Shown: positions 26,966-35,827 of the stretch, piece after piece
Layout: every line of letters starts with the position of its first letter
Numbering within the stretch: position 1 is the stretch's first letter
Source of the DNA: Acidimicrobiia bacterium
GTDB taxonomy: Bacteria > Actinomycetota > Acidimicrobiia > Spongiisociales > ZC4RG35
Reading direction: 5' to 3'
DNA length: 64,000 nt
Assembly: GCA_041748855.1 (NCBI GenBank)
Contig: JBGTCK010000038.1
Location: 14,514-78,513 of the forward strand
The notes under the pieces: model-generated
The model's database searches: none
Seen by the model: only the letters and a program-made list of their open reading frames with translations
Told to the model about the DNA's origin: nothing
Made by a program: the position numbers and the translations under genes

Positions 26966-27724
26966 TCATCTCGGGATTATCTGTCGCAGCGGTTCGAGAT
27001 GTTGTTCCCAGGTCTTGCTTCCCACTGCTCGGTCCGGGTTGGTGTGGATACCATCGCGGAAGGCCCGTGCCGACTTGCCAGGGACATATACCCCGACCAC
27101 CGGGCGTTCCCGGCCGATCGCTGTCATGTAGGTCCTGGCCAGGGTCTTGATGTCGATGATTTCCGGTCCGGCCAGGTCGGGGAGCATCCCGGCCGGACCC
27201 GCATTGGCGCTGTCGACGAGTTGACGTGCCACCTCTCCGATGTCGACCGGTTGGAAGACGAATCCGCTCGGCACCAGACAGTACGGCCACATCCGGGCCA
27301 GCTTACCCAGCACAACAACCAGGAGCTCGTGAAACTGGGTGGCGCGGAGGATCGAGTAGTTCTCGACTGAGGCAGCAATCATCTGCTCGGCGTCGTACTT
27401 GGCCCGGTAGTAGCGGAAAGGGTGGCGATCGACTCCGACAATCGAGATGTAGACGAGATGCCGATCACCGATGAGCGGGATCAGTCGTCGAGTGCCCTCG
27501 ACATCGACCTGCTTTGACTTCGCCGGGTTGGACGACAGCAGAATCACGGTGTTGCAATCGTGAATCGCTTCGGGGAGGCCCTTCCCGGTGGCGATGTCAA
27601 CCGCGACCGCATTCGGTCCGGCTGCGGACCGTCCCGCAATAGTGTGGTCGGTCCCGTCTGTCGCCAATTCACGGACGACCTCCCGTCCGAGTAAACCGGT
27701 TCCGCCGAGGACTGCGACCTTCAC
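26966..27724 (-). CDS. NAD(P)H-binding NmrA/SDR-a-like protein
   Basis: VKVAVLGGTGLLGREV Rossmann motif. The GTG at 27724 overlaps the upstream stop (GTGA). The Arg/Pro-rich ORF-track extension to 27976 is rejected. Confidence 0.75.
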   Translation of the reverse strand: MKVAVLGGTGLLGREVVRELATDGTDHTIAGRSAAGPNAVAVDIATGKGLPEAIHDCNTVILLSSNPAKSKQVDVEGTRRLIPLIGDRHLVYISIVGVDRHPFRYYRAKYDAEQMIAASVENYSILRATQFHELLVVVLGKLARMWPYCLVPSGFVFQPVDIGEVARQLVDSANAGPAGMLPDLAGPEIIDIKTLARTYMTAIGRERPVVGVYVPGKSARAFRDGIHTNPDRAVGSKTWEQHLEPLRQIIPR

Positions 27725-28365
27725 CGGCGTCTCGCTACCAGCACTCCCTCGCGTAGGGGGAGGGCCACCGACTCGAAGTCTTCGTCGTCGGCAATGAGGC
27801 GGTTGAATGCGTCGGTCCCATGGCCTTCGTCGATCCAACCTGCACTTGTCCCGTAGACGTTGTCGGCAACGAGGAGGCCACCTGGTTTGACCAGGGGTTT
27901 GACCTGGAGGAAGTAGTCGAGGTACTCGGACTTCACCGCGTCGATGAAGACGAAGTCGACGCTCCCGGGACCCCACTGCTCGGCCAGGCGGGGGACCACG
28001 TCGAGGGCGGCTCCTTCGATTAGGTCCACGCGGCCCGCCTCTCCAGCGGCGGCGAGCTCACGACGGGCGAAATCTGCGTGTTTGGAGTCGAACTCGACGG
28101 TGGTCAGCACGCCGTCGGGGTGGAGGCCGCGGGCGATCCAGATCGCGCTGTAGCCGGCGAGGGTCCCCAACTCCAGGGCACGGCGTCCCTCCGTCATTGA
28201 TACCAGGATCTTGAGCAGGCGCCCGACATCGGAAGACACCGCAATGGGTGGGAGCCCGGCGTCGACCGCCCGGCCCATCAGACCCTCGAGATGCTCATCC
28301 TCCGAACCGAACACTTCTTTCGAGTAGCGCCCGGTGAACTCCCAGCGCTCGGGAGTCATCCTCAA
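27721..28365 (-). CDS. class I SAM-dependent O-methyltransferase (family 3, caffeoyl-CoA OMT-like)
   Basis: ALELGTLAGYSAIWIA motif I, and FVFIDAVK. 214 aa. Confidence 0.8.
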   Translation of the reverse strand: MRMTPERWEFTGRYSKEVFGSEDEHLEGLMGRAVDAGLPPIAVSSDVGRLLKILVSMTEGRRALELGTLAGYSAIWIARGLHPDGVLTTVEFDSKHADFARRELAAAGEAGRVDLIEGAALDVVPRLAEQWGPGSVDFVFIDAVKSEYLDYFLQVKPLVKPGGLLVADNVYGTSAGWIDEGHGTDAFNRLIADDEDFESVALPLREGVLVARRR

Positions 28366-28583
28366 TTTGTGCCGTCCTTCTCAACTTCGCGGTTTCGTTT
28401 CAGCCACGAGCGGAACCACCAGAGCTCGTCGTCGGGCTTGCCCGCCCCAGGAATCGGCTTGCCCGCTCCGGGGAGGTTCTCGAATTCCCCGTCCTCCTGG
28501 GCCTTGATGATGATCTCTTCGATCCAGGACGGATTCTGCTGCGGATCCTTCATGGCGACGAGGTTACAGCCCGCTGTTTCCAC
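28362..28583 (-). CDS. DUF1992 (DnaJ-C28-like) small protein
   Basis: WIEEIIIKAQEDGEFENLPGAGKP matches the DUF1992 signature. The start is either the GTG at 28583 or the ATG at 28553. Confidence 0.65.
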   Translation of the reverse strand: METAGCNLVAMKDPQQNPSWIEEIIIKAQEDGEFENLPGAGKPIPGAGKPDDELWWFRSWLKRNREVEKDGTN

Positions 28584-28994
28584 CTACCAGCCGTCGGGCG
28601 ATCTCCGGTTCTTCTTGATCTCCGAGCGGCGCCGCTTCTCGTCGAGGCGTCGCGTCTTCGACGCTCGGGTCGGCTTGGTGCGCCGGCGGCGCGCCAAGGG
28701 TTTGTTGGCCTCTTCTAGGACTTCGGCGAGCCGCTGTCGGGCGAGGGCGCGGTTGCGCCACTGGCTACGGGAGTCGGCGGCATGCACCTCCACCACCGTT
28801 TCCCCGAGCTTGGTGATCAGCCGCTCCCTCACATTCTCAGGTAGGGAGGAGGCCCGGAGATCGAGCCGCAGCGTCACCGCGGTCTCGTTCTTGTTGGCGT
28901 GTTGGCCACCCGGGCCGCCGCTGGTATCGAAACGTTCCTCTAGCTCCGCTTCGGGGATCCGCCATTCTCCGAAAGCGACCCCGTCCCGGCTCAT
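28584..28994 (-). CDS. arfB: alternative ribosome-rescue factor, peptidyl-tRNA hydrolase ArfB
   Basis: GGQHANKNETAV (GGQ motif) plus a strongly basic C-terminal tail. 136 aa. The start overlaps the ino1 stop (ATGA). Confidence 0.85.
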   Translation of the reverse strand: MSRDGVAFGEWRIPEAELEERFDTSGGPGGQHANKNETAVTLRLDLRASSLPENVRERLITKLGETVVEVHAADSRSQWRNRALARQRLAEVLEEANKPLARRRRTKPTRASKTRRLDEKRRRSEIKKNRRSPDGW

Positions 28995-30310
28995 CCCTCG
29001 TCGTAGTACTCGGTGCCGAGATGGGTGATCAGGTCCTCGCCCATGAGATGGCGCAGGTTGTTCTTCAGCTTGGTGAGCTGTATGAAGAGGTCGTTCTCCC
29101 CGTAGAGGCCTTCAGCGTGCTGGGGGCTCTTGAAGTAGAACGAGAGCCACTCCTGGATTCCGCTCTTGCCCGCCCGGGCGGCGAGGTCCATGAACAGGGC
29201 GAGATCGAGGACGATGGGTGCGGCAAGGATCGAGTCCTTGCACAGGAAGTCGACCTTGATCTGCATCTTGTATCCGAGCCAACCGAAGATGTCGATGTTG
29301 TCCCAACCCTCTTTGTCGTCTCCGCGCGGGGGGTAATAGTTGATCCGCACCTTGTGGTAGATATCGCCGTACAGCTCGGGGTAGAGTTCGGGCTCGAGAA
29401 TCTGGTCGAGCACCCCGAGCTTGGATACCTCTTTCGACCTGAAGCTCTCCGGGTCGTCGAGCACCTCGCCGTCACGGTTGCCAAGGATGTTGGTCGAGAA
29501 CCACCCGTTGATGCCCAGCATCCTTGCCTTCAGGCCGGGAGCGATCATCGTCTTCATCAGGGTTTGGCCGGTCTTGAAGTCTTTGCCGGCGATGGGAACA
29601 CCCTTCTCTTTCGAAAGCTGGATGAGGGCAGGCACGTCAACGGTCAGGTTCGGTGCTCCGTTGGCGAACGGCACGCCCATCTGCAGTGCGGCGTAGGCGT
29701 AGATCTGCGAAGGACTGATGGTGGGGTCGCTCGATTTGAGGCCTGCCTCGAAGGAGTCGAGGTCCTCGTGGCACCCGGCGAGGTCGCGGTATGCCTCGGT
29801 GGAACCGCACCAGACCATGGAAAGGCGATCGACTTCCTTCGCGGCACGGAAGCGGTCGATGTCTTCCATCAGGTTTTCAGCGAGGTGCATGTATGAGCTG
29901 CCCTCTTTGACCTGGTCGACGTCGTCGAGGTTCTTCACCCACTCGTGAGAGAAAACCGCCGGCATCGGCTTGACCTGGCGGAGCTCGTCACCGATACCCT
30001 CGATGTGGCGGGGGTCGAGGACGCCGGCCTTCATCGCAGAGGTGTAGGCGTCGTCGGAGTAGGGATCCCAACCACCGAACTCGAGGTCGTCGAGCCCGAC
30101 GAGGGGGACGAAGTCCTTGATCATGGGGTTGCGGCCTTCGGTCCTCTTGCCAAGACGGATGTGCGCCATCTGGCTGAGTGACCCAAATGGCGTGGCGTAA
30201 CCCTTGCGGGCGGCGAGGACACCGGAAACGAATGTGGTGGCGACGGCCCCCATCCCCGGGGTGAGGATCCCCAACTTCCCTTCGGCAGGAGCGATTGTGT
30301 TGTCAGACAT
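28991..30310 (-). CDS. ino1: inositol-3-phosphate synthase
   Basis: 439 aa. The N-terminal GILTPGMGAVATTF Rossmann-like segment and overall pattern recall the bacterial/archaeal MIPS family. Confidence 0.7.
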   Translation of the reverse strand: MSDNTIAPAEGKLGILTPGMGAVATTFVSGVLAARKGYATPFGSLSQMAHIRLGKRTEGRNPMIKDFVPLVGLDDLEFGGWDPYSDDAYTSAMKAGVLDPRHIEGIGDELRQVKPMPAVFSHEWVKNLDDVDQVKEGSSYMHLAENLMEDIDRFRAAKEVDRLSMVWCGSTEAYRDLAGCHEDLDSFEAGLKSSDPTISPSQIYAYAALQMGVPFANGAPNLTVDVPALIQLSKEKGVPIAGKDFKTGQTLMKTMIAPGLKARMLGINGWFSTNILGNRDGEVLDDPESFRSKEVSKLGVLDQILEPELYPELYGDIYHKVRINYYPPRGDDKEGWDNIDIFGWLGYKMQIKVDFLCKDSILAAPIVLDLALFMDLAARAGKSGIQEWLSFYFKSPQHAEGLYGENDLFIQLTKLKNNLRHLMGEDLITHLGTEYYDEG

Positions 30311-30357
30311 GCCGACAGGTTACTCCGGCGGCCGCAGGTACCCTGGGGTGGGTGGAG

Positions 30358-30798
30358 ATGACACCCGACTCCCTCGGCCCCAGCGTCGACGTGGCCCTCC
30401 TTGCCGATTCGGTGCAGGCGGTACGGGGCAAGCTGTTCATCCTCGGCGGTGGATGGGACACCCTGTGGGTCCGTGGCTTTCCGGCCCGGCATCCCTCACT
30501 TGCCATCGGTCTGCGGCTGAGGATTCCTACTTCGTGGCACAGCGAGGAGCTCAAGTTGTCGGTCGAGCTTCAGGACGCCGACGGCAGTTCGATCTTCCCC
30601 CAACCTCTGACCCAGCAAATAAAGATACCAACGACCAGCGACCCGCAGACCACCGATTTCGGACTCGTCCGATCGTTTACTTTCAACAACCTCGTATTTG
30701 CCAAAGAAGGCAGTTACTCATTCGTTATTTCGGTGGACGACGACCCCGTTTCCCGGCTCCGTTTCCGGGTGAGGACCCGCACCAACCCCGGCAGCTGA
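30358..30798 (+). CDS. hypothetical protein
   Basis: 146-aa ORF from the ATG at 30358, with no signal peptide and no family I can name with confidence. Confidence 0.5.
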   Translation: MTPDSLGPSVDVALLADSVQAVRGKLFILGGGWDTLWVRGFPARHPSLAIGLRLRIPTSWHSEELKLSVELQDADGSSIFPQPLTQQIKIPTTSDPQTTDFGLVRSFTFNNLVFAKEGSYSFVISVDDDPVSRLRFRVRTRTNPGS

Positions 30799-30918
30799 GT
30801 CACCGGAGGCACCGCTCACGGGGTTTGCATAGGTAGGGCATCCTCTTAGCGTTCCCCGTTCAAGGGACACCAGGTAATCGTCCCCGAAACCCACCCCACC
30901 AAACTGGAGGCCCAGACC

Positions 30919-31548
30919 ATGCCGTCCATAAGGATCCCGCTGCTCTTTGCCGCGGCGCTGTTCGGAGCAGCGCTGGTCGGCATCTTCGGCAGCACAACAC
31001 CCGCCCAGGCCGCGACCTCGGAGCCGCCCTTCGAGTTGCGCTTTCCCCAGGAATTGACCGCTACCGACTTCGATTCGACATTTGGTGCTGCACGGTCCGG
31101 CGGCCGGCACCATCGCGGCAACGATTTGATGGCACCGAAGATGACCCACGTCTACGCGGCGGCCACCGGGATTGTGGTAACCGTCTCCGACGGGCCTACC
31201 TCAGGCCGGTACCTGACCATCGAGCATGCCGACGGATGGTCGACCAGCTACATGCACCTCAACAACGACGATCCCGGCACCGACAATGGGCGTGCGGATT
31301 GGAGCCTTACCATTGCACCTGGTATCCATGAAGGGGCTCTGGTGCTTGCCGGCCAGCTGATCGGGTATGTCGGTGATTCCGGCAATGCGGAGTGGACCGC
31401 CCCGCATACCCACTTCGAGTTGAGGTTCAACGATCGGGCAATCGATCCGTTCGACCTGCTCGTCGAGGCGTGGGCGCGCGACTACGAAGTGCTCTTCGGT
31501 GAGCCCTGGCGGATGACCCCGCAGGCACTCCTTTTCACCTTCGGCTGA
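30919..31548 (+). CDS. secreted M23 family metallopeptidase
   Basis: Signal peptide, then HRGNDL, GWSTSYMHL and GDSGNAEWTAPHTHFE (the H.xxD / HxH motifs of LytM-type peptidases). Confidence 0.85.
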   Translation: MPSIRIPLLFAAALFGAALVGIFGSTTPAQAATSEPPFELRFPQELTATDFDSTFGAARSGGRHHRGNDLMAPKMTHVYAAATGIVVTVSDGPTSGRYLTIEHADGWSTSYMHLNNDDPGTDNGRADWSLTIAPGIHEGALVLAGQLIGYVGDSGNAEWTAPHTHFELRFNDRAIDPFDLLVEAWARDYEVLFGEPWRMTPQALLFTFG

Positions 31549-31561
31549 GCCGGACCTCAGG

Positions 31562-31993
31562 TCAGATTTTTCTGGCGTTGTCGAGCGACACCACCTTCTC
31601 GACAACGTCGGGATCATCGGGCGGGACTACCGCCACCTCGGACACGCCGGTCGCTGGTGGCTCGCCGTCGTGAACCCATATCACCCGTCGCACCCCGGCA
31701 ACTGCTGACGCCCAGGCGTTGAGTACCGCGGTCTCGTCCGGGGCGAAGGATCGCTCCCGGTCGTCCCGGGCGGCTTCAGTGATGAGGACAGCGCTGAAAC
31801 ATTGAGTGGCTGCCGCCTCGAGATGTGAGTCGTCGGAGATATCGCCCAGCGCCACTTTGACCCCCCGCTCCCTGAGCCGCAGCCCTTCGTCAGGGTCGCT
31901 TACAAAGACTCGAATCTCGCGGGCGGGATCGATCATGGCGTCGACGATTCGCGACCCTGACGGAGTATCGGCACCTACAACAATCACAGGCAT
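31562..31993 (-). CDS. short NAD(P)-binding-domain-like protein
   Basis: MPVIVVGADTPSGSRIV is a Rossmann-like N-terminus. The ATG at 31993 is in frame with the ORF-track start at 32056. Function unknown. Confidence 0.45.
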   Translation of the reverse strand: MPVIVVGADTPSGSRIVDAMIDPAREIRVFVSDPDEGLRLRERGVKVALGDISDDSHLEAAATQCFSAVLITEAARDDRERSFAPDETAVLNAWASAVAGVRRVIWVHDGEPPATGVSEVAVVPPDDPDVVEKVVSLDNARKI

Positions 31994-32054
31994 TTCGCTG
32001 GCGACATTAATTGGAGTGAAGGAATAGTGGCCGGAGCGGGCGTAACGTCTCCCC

Positions 32055-32894
32055 ATGTCGGAGAAAACATGGGAGTCGGCCCGGAGCTGGCACCAGATGC
32101 GCTGGCTCGTCTACTACCTACTCGAAGACCTCGTTCCTCCCGAGATGGCGGCGGGCGCCGATATCCTCGACTTCTCCGCAGGCTTGGGCGATCTGTCCCG
32201 GTACATGGCCGAAGCCGGCGCCCGCTCTGTCCTGGCAACCCGACCCGAGTCCGAGCCTGGCGATGACGGAGTGGAGTGGCTCACCGGTGTTGCTGCGGGA
32301 AACGTAGTGCAGAAACTTGGCGACCGTGGCTTCGATCTCGTTGTCGCCCGAATGGTCTTCCAGTTCCCCACCTGGGAGGGCGATCGGGCCGATCCCGACA
32401 CGATGAGCGCGGAGTTCGCCGAGGTGATCCGTCCTGGCGGTCGTCTCGTCGTTGCTTTTCACGAGTTCGTCGCCATCGAAGACCAGCCACTGGGACCCGA
32501 CCTTCCCGACGTCGAAGAAGTCCTCGTTTCCCGCCCCGAGCTCGGCCAGGTTGTCCGGTTTCTCAATCTGCCACCGCGTGAAGGCCCATTTGGCCAGACC
32601 GGGTTCGGACTCAAGATCCCGATGTTCATCAATTCGGTAGTAGGCAACGGTTTCGCAATCGAATCCACGTCTCACGTCGAGCCGTTCACGTTCCCGCTCC
32701 ATCTCGATCGCTATAGCGATGCCGATCTCGAGGCACTCGTTCCCGAGGTCGTCGAAATCAAACGCCGTTGGTTGGCACACGTCACCGACCCGTACGAACA
32801 CCCGGCGGCCATCCGGCGGATGCTCTCGGAACTGGCGCCGAGAATGCCCCATGTTGCCTGGCCCATTGTCCGGGTCGTCGCCCGTCGACTCTGA
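32055..32894 (+). CDS. SAM-dependent methyltransferase-like protein
   Basis: ILDFSAGLGDLS (motif I-like), FDLVVARMVF and IRPGGRLVV. Confidence 0.55.
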   Translation: MSEKTWESARSWHQMRWLVYYLLEDLVPPEMAAGADILDFSAGLGDLSRYMAEAGARSVLATRPESEPGDDGVEWLTGVAAGNVVQKLGDRGFDLVVARMVFQFPTWEGDRADPDTMSAEFAEVIRPGGRLVVAFHEFVAIEDQPLGPDLPDVEEVLVSRPELGQVVRFLNLPPREGPFGQTGFGLKIPMFINSVVGNGFAIESTSHVEPFTFPLHLDRYSDADLEALVPEVVEIKRRWLAHVTDPYEHPAAIRRMLSELAPRMPHVAWPIVRVVARRL

Positions 32895-33038
32895 CCGGCG
32901 GACCACCGAGTTGACGGCGTGTTGGGCTGGGAGGAGCCAGCGGTTACAATTTCCCTATGGGCGTAGTGGAAATACCCCGAACCGGTTTCTTGTTGTAATA
33001 AGTGAGCCGAAAACGAAACTCTTTGAGGTGATGACCCA

Positions 33039-34448
33039 GTGGCAACAGTTGACATTGATCTAGGCGGCTACCAGCTCGGGTGGCACGACGAGGTCGCGCT
33101 CGCGTTCGAGCCCAAGAAAGGGCTGGACGAAGACGTGATCCGCCAGATGTCGGCGATGAAGAAGGAGCCGCAGTGGATGCTCGACTTCCGGCTCAAGGCC
33201 TACCAGCGGTTCCTCCGCAAGCCGATGCCCCAGTGGGGTGGTGGCGGCGCGCTCGACACCATCGACTTCGACGACATCTACTACTACGTCAAGCCCGAGG
33301 GTGAGCAGCAGAAAGACTGGGACATGGTTCCCGAGTCGATCAAGCAGACCTACGAGAAGTTGGGGATCCCTGAAGCCGAGCGCAAGTACCTCGCCGGAGT
33401 GACGGCGCAGTATGAGTCCGAGGTCGTTTACCACCGCAACCGGGAAGACCTCGAAGGGCTAGGTGTCCTTTTCACCGATATGGACACCGCGCTCCGTGAA
33501 TACCCCGAGATCGTCCAGAAGCATTTCGGAACCATAATCCCGCCGAACGACAACAAGTTCGCCGCGCTCAACTCAGCGGTCTGGTCCGGTGGTTCCTTCA
33601 TCTACGTTCCGCCCGGAGTTCACGTCGACCAGCCGCTACAGGCCTACTTCCGGATCAATTCGGAGAATATGGGCCAATTCGAGCGGACCCTGATCATCGT
33701 CGACGAGGGTGCGTATGTGCACTACGTCGAAGGGTGTTCGGCTCCTACCTACACGACTGATTCGCTGCACTCGGCAGTGGTGGAGATCATTGTCAAGGAA
33801 GGCGGCCGCTGCCGTTATACGACAATCCAAAACTGGTCGAACAACGTATTCAACCTGGTCACCAAGCGCGCCGCCGCCTACCGCAACGCCACAATGGAGT
33901 GGGTCGACGGCAACCTGGGATCCCGTCTCACCATGAAGTATCCGGCGGTGTGGCTCATGGAGCCCGGCGCTCACGGAGAAGTGCTTTCGATCGCGTTCGC
34001 CGGTGAGGGCCAGCATCAGGATGCCGGCGCCAAGATGGTCCACGTCGCTCCCGACACCACCTCGACGATAGTGTCGAAATCGATCGCCAAGGGCGGCGGC
34101 CGTTCCGGATATCGGGGTCTGGTGCGGGTCGAGCCCGGAGCTGAAAATGCCAAGAGCTTCGTGCGCTGTGACGCGCTGATCCTCGACGACGACAGCCGCT
34201 CGGACACCTATCCGTATATGGAGATCGAGGAGAACGATGCCGAGATCGGCCACGAAGCCACCGTGTCCAAGGTCGGCGAAGAGCAGATGTTCTACCTAAT
34301 GTCGCGCGGCCTGACCGAAGAAGAGGCAACCTCGATGATTGTCGCCGGTTTCATTGAGCCAATCGTCAAGGAACTTCCCATGGAGTACGCAGTTGAGATG
34401 AACCGTCTCATCGAACTCAACATGGTCGAAGCCGGCGCAGTCGGCTAG
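33039..34448 (+). CDS. sufB: Fe-S cluster assembly protein SufB
   Basis: 469 aa with [21 protein letters not shown]...VEGCSAP and a C-terminal [14 protein letters not shown] start. Confidence 0.92.
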   Translation: MATVDIDLGGYQLGWHDEVALAFEPKKGLDEDVIRQMSAMKKEPQWMLDFRLKAYQRFLRKPMPQWGGGGALDTIDFDDIYYYVKPEGEQQKDWDMVPESIKQTYEKLGIPEAERKYLAGVTAQYESEVVYHRNREDLEGLGVLFTDMDTALREYPEIVQKHFGTIIPPNDNKFAALNSAVWSGGSFIYVPPGVHVDQPLQAYFRINSENMGQFERTLIIVDEGAYVHYVEGCSAPTYTTDSLHSAVVEIIVKEGGRCRYTTIQNWSNNVFNLVTKRAAAYRNATMEWVDGNLGSRLTMKYPAVWLMEPGAHGEVLSIAFAGEGQHQDAGAKMVHVAPDTTSTIVSKSIAKGGGRSGYRGLVRVEPGAENAKSFVRCDALILDDDSRSDTYPYMEIEENDAEIGHEATVSKVGEEQMFYLMSRGLTEEEATSMIVAGFIEPIVKELPMEYAVEMNRLIELNMVEAGAVG

Positions 34449-34474
34449 AAGACCGAACTCCCTTCTCAACGTGG

Positions 34475-34502
34475 AACCCCCGGGTCGTTCGACCCGGGGG
34501 TT
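34475..34502. terminator. strong GC-rich hairpin between convergent genes (probable bidirectional terminator)
   Basis: AACCCCCGGGTC-GTTC-GACCCGGGGGTT is a 12-bp perfect stem with a tetraloop, 27 nt after the sufB stop. It has only a weak T-tract, which is common in high-GC actinobacteria. Confidence 0.6.
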
Positions 34503-34526
34503 CTTGGTGTGATCTGTTGGTTCCGG

Positions 34527-34787
34527 TCAGTTGCTGCGGCTTATCGCCAGACCAAGCACAAAGCCTCCGACACCGGCCCAGACCAGCGAGAGATCGCCGT
34601 TGCCCACCGAATAGATCGCCGGCCACCCGGCAAGGGCAAATATGGCTGACAGAACGATTCCCCCGATTGCACCCATGAGGAGAGGGCCGATCAGTCGGTC
34701 GGCGCCCCCGAGAAACCCTCCGATGAGACCGAATAGCGCCCCTATGCCGGCAAGTAGGCCGAAATCTGCAAGTGTGGAGGCATCCAT
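34527..34787 (-). CDS. small Gly-rich membrane protein (GlsB/YeaQ/YmgE-like)
   Basis: 86 aa with 3 predicted TM segments rich in G/A/I/L, as in transglycosylase-associated stress proteins. Confidence 0.5.
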   Translation of the reverse strand: MDASTLADFGLLAGIGALFGLIGGFLGGADRLIGPLLMGAIGGIVLSAIFALAGWPAIYSVGNGDLSLVWAGVGGFVLGLAISRSN

Positions 34788-34841
34788 GGTGGAAAGGCTA
34801 TCCGGTGTCAGCCGGTCTGTCGATGGGTCTTTTGGACCGGG

Positions 34842-35021
34842 TCAGACGTTGGAGACGACTTTTTCCTCGACCACATCGGAGATCGGGAACTGCACTGATC
34901 TGCCGGCAAGACCGAACGGTTCGGTCAGGAAGACGACAATTGTGGATGGGCCACGGCAAACCACGTGACCTGTGTAGGTGTGGAAACCGTCGCTATTGCG
35001 TGTGATAAAGGTAACGACCAT
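34842..35021 (-). CDS. candidate small ORF (59 aa), unannotated
   Basis: One residue below the ORF-track length cutoff. My translation is MVVTFITRNSDGFHTYTGHVVCRGPSTIVVFLTEPFGLAGRSVQFPISDVVEEKVVSNV. GC3 is ~66% and the RBS is weak. It lies in an otherwise empty 362-nt gap. Confidence 0.3.
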   Translation of the reverse strand: MVVTFITRNSDGFHTYTGHVVCRGPSTIVVFLTEPFGLAGRSVQFPISDVVEEKVVSNV

Positions 35022-35149
35022 GTGTATTCGACTCTTATCTTCGGCAAACCGTTGCGAAAAGTTGATAGGCCAGTAGCCCCATCTTGCCTCGCGGGCCGCC
35101 CGACGCCCGGTTTATCCGCTTGTTATTCCGTTTCGTATAGGTTTCCGGG

Positions 35150-35827
35150 GTGAGATTGCTGGTTGTCGAAGATGAGCCCGACCTGGCCAATGCCCTGGCC
35201 AGGGGTTTGCGCCGCGATGGTCATGCGGTTGATGTCGCTCTGAACGCGTACGACGCTGACTTCAAACTCAGGACCGCCGGCTACGACCTGGTCTGCCTCG
35301 ACTGGAACCTCCCCGACGGCTCCGGCCTCGAACTCTGTCGGTCGATGATTTCGGGGGAGTTACCCCTCTTCGAGGAGGAGCGGCCGAGGATTCTCATGCT
35401 CACTGCCCGCGATGACGTGGCCGACCGGGTGCGGGGTCTCGACTCCGGTGCCGATGACTATCTGATCAAGCCGTTCTCGTTCACCGAGCTTTCGGCCCGG
35501 GTCCGCGCCCTCTTGCGCCGGGACGTCCATCCCTCACCGAAGCTCGAGGTCGGGTCTCTCACCCTGGACCCGGCGCGTTTCGAGGCCGAACGCGACGGTG
35601 TCGAACTCTCTCTCACCGCTAAAGAGTTCTCGCTTCTCAACTACTTCATGACCCGGCCGGGAGAGGTGATGACCCAGGAGCACCTGCTCGAACACGTCTG
35701 GGACGAGATGGCCGATCCGCTGACCAACGTGGTCAGGGTGACGCTGAGCAACCTACGCAAGAAACTAGGTGAGCCGCAGCTCATCGAAACTGTGCCGGGC
35801 CGTGGTTACAAGCTGGTCGACAAGTGA
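35150..35827 (+). CDS. OmpR/PhoB-family response regulator
   Basis: Receiver domain (LLVVEDE...DLVCLDWNLPDGSG) plus a winged-helix C-terminus. GTG start. MprA-like gene context. Confidence 0.9.
   Translation: MRLLVVEDEPDLANALARGLRRDGHAVDVALNAYDADFKLRTAGYDLVCLDWNLPDGSGLELCRSMISGELPLFEEERPRILMLTARDDVADRVRGLDSGADDYLIKPFSFTELSARVRALLRRDVHPSPKLEVGSLTLDPARFEAERDGVELSLTAKEFSLLNYFMTRPGEVMTQEHLLEHVWDEMADPLTNVVRVTLSNLRKKLGEPQLIETVPGRGYKLVDK

Noticed and set aside
32900-33038. sigma-70-like promoter TTGACG ... TACAAT upstream of sufB.
   Set aside because: The spacing between the hexamers is ~28 nt, far from the 16-19 nt optimum, so I do not call a promoter here.
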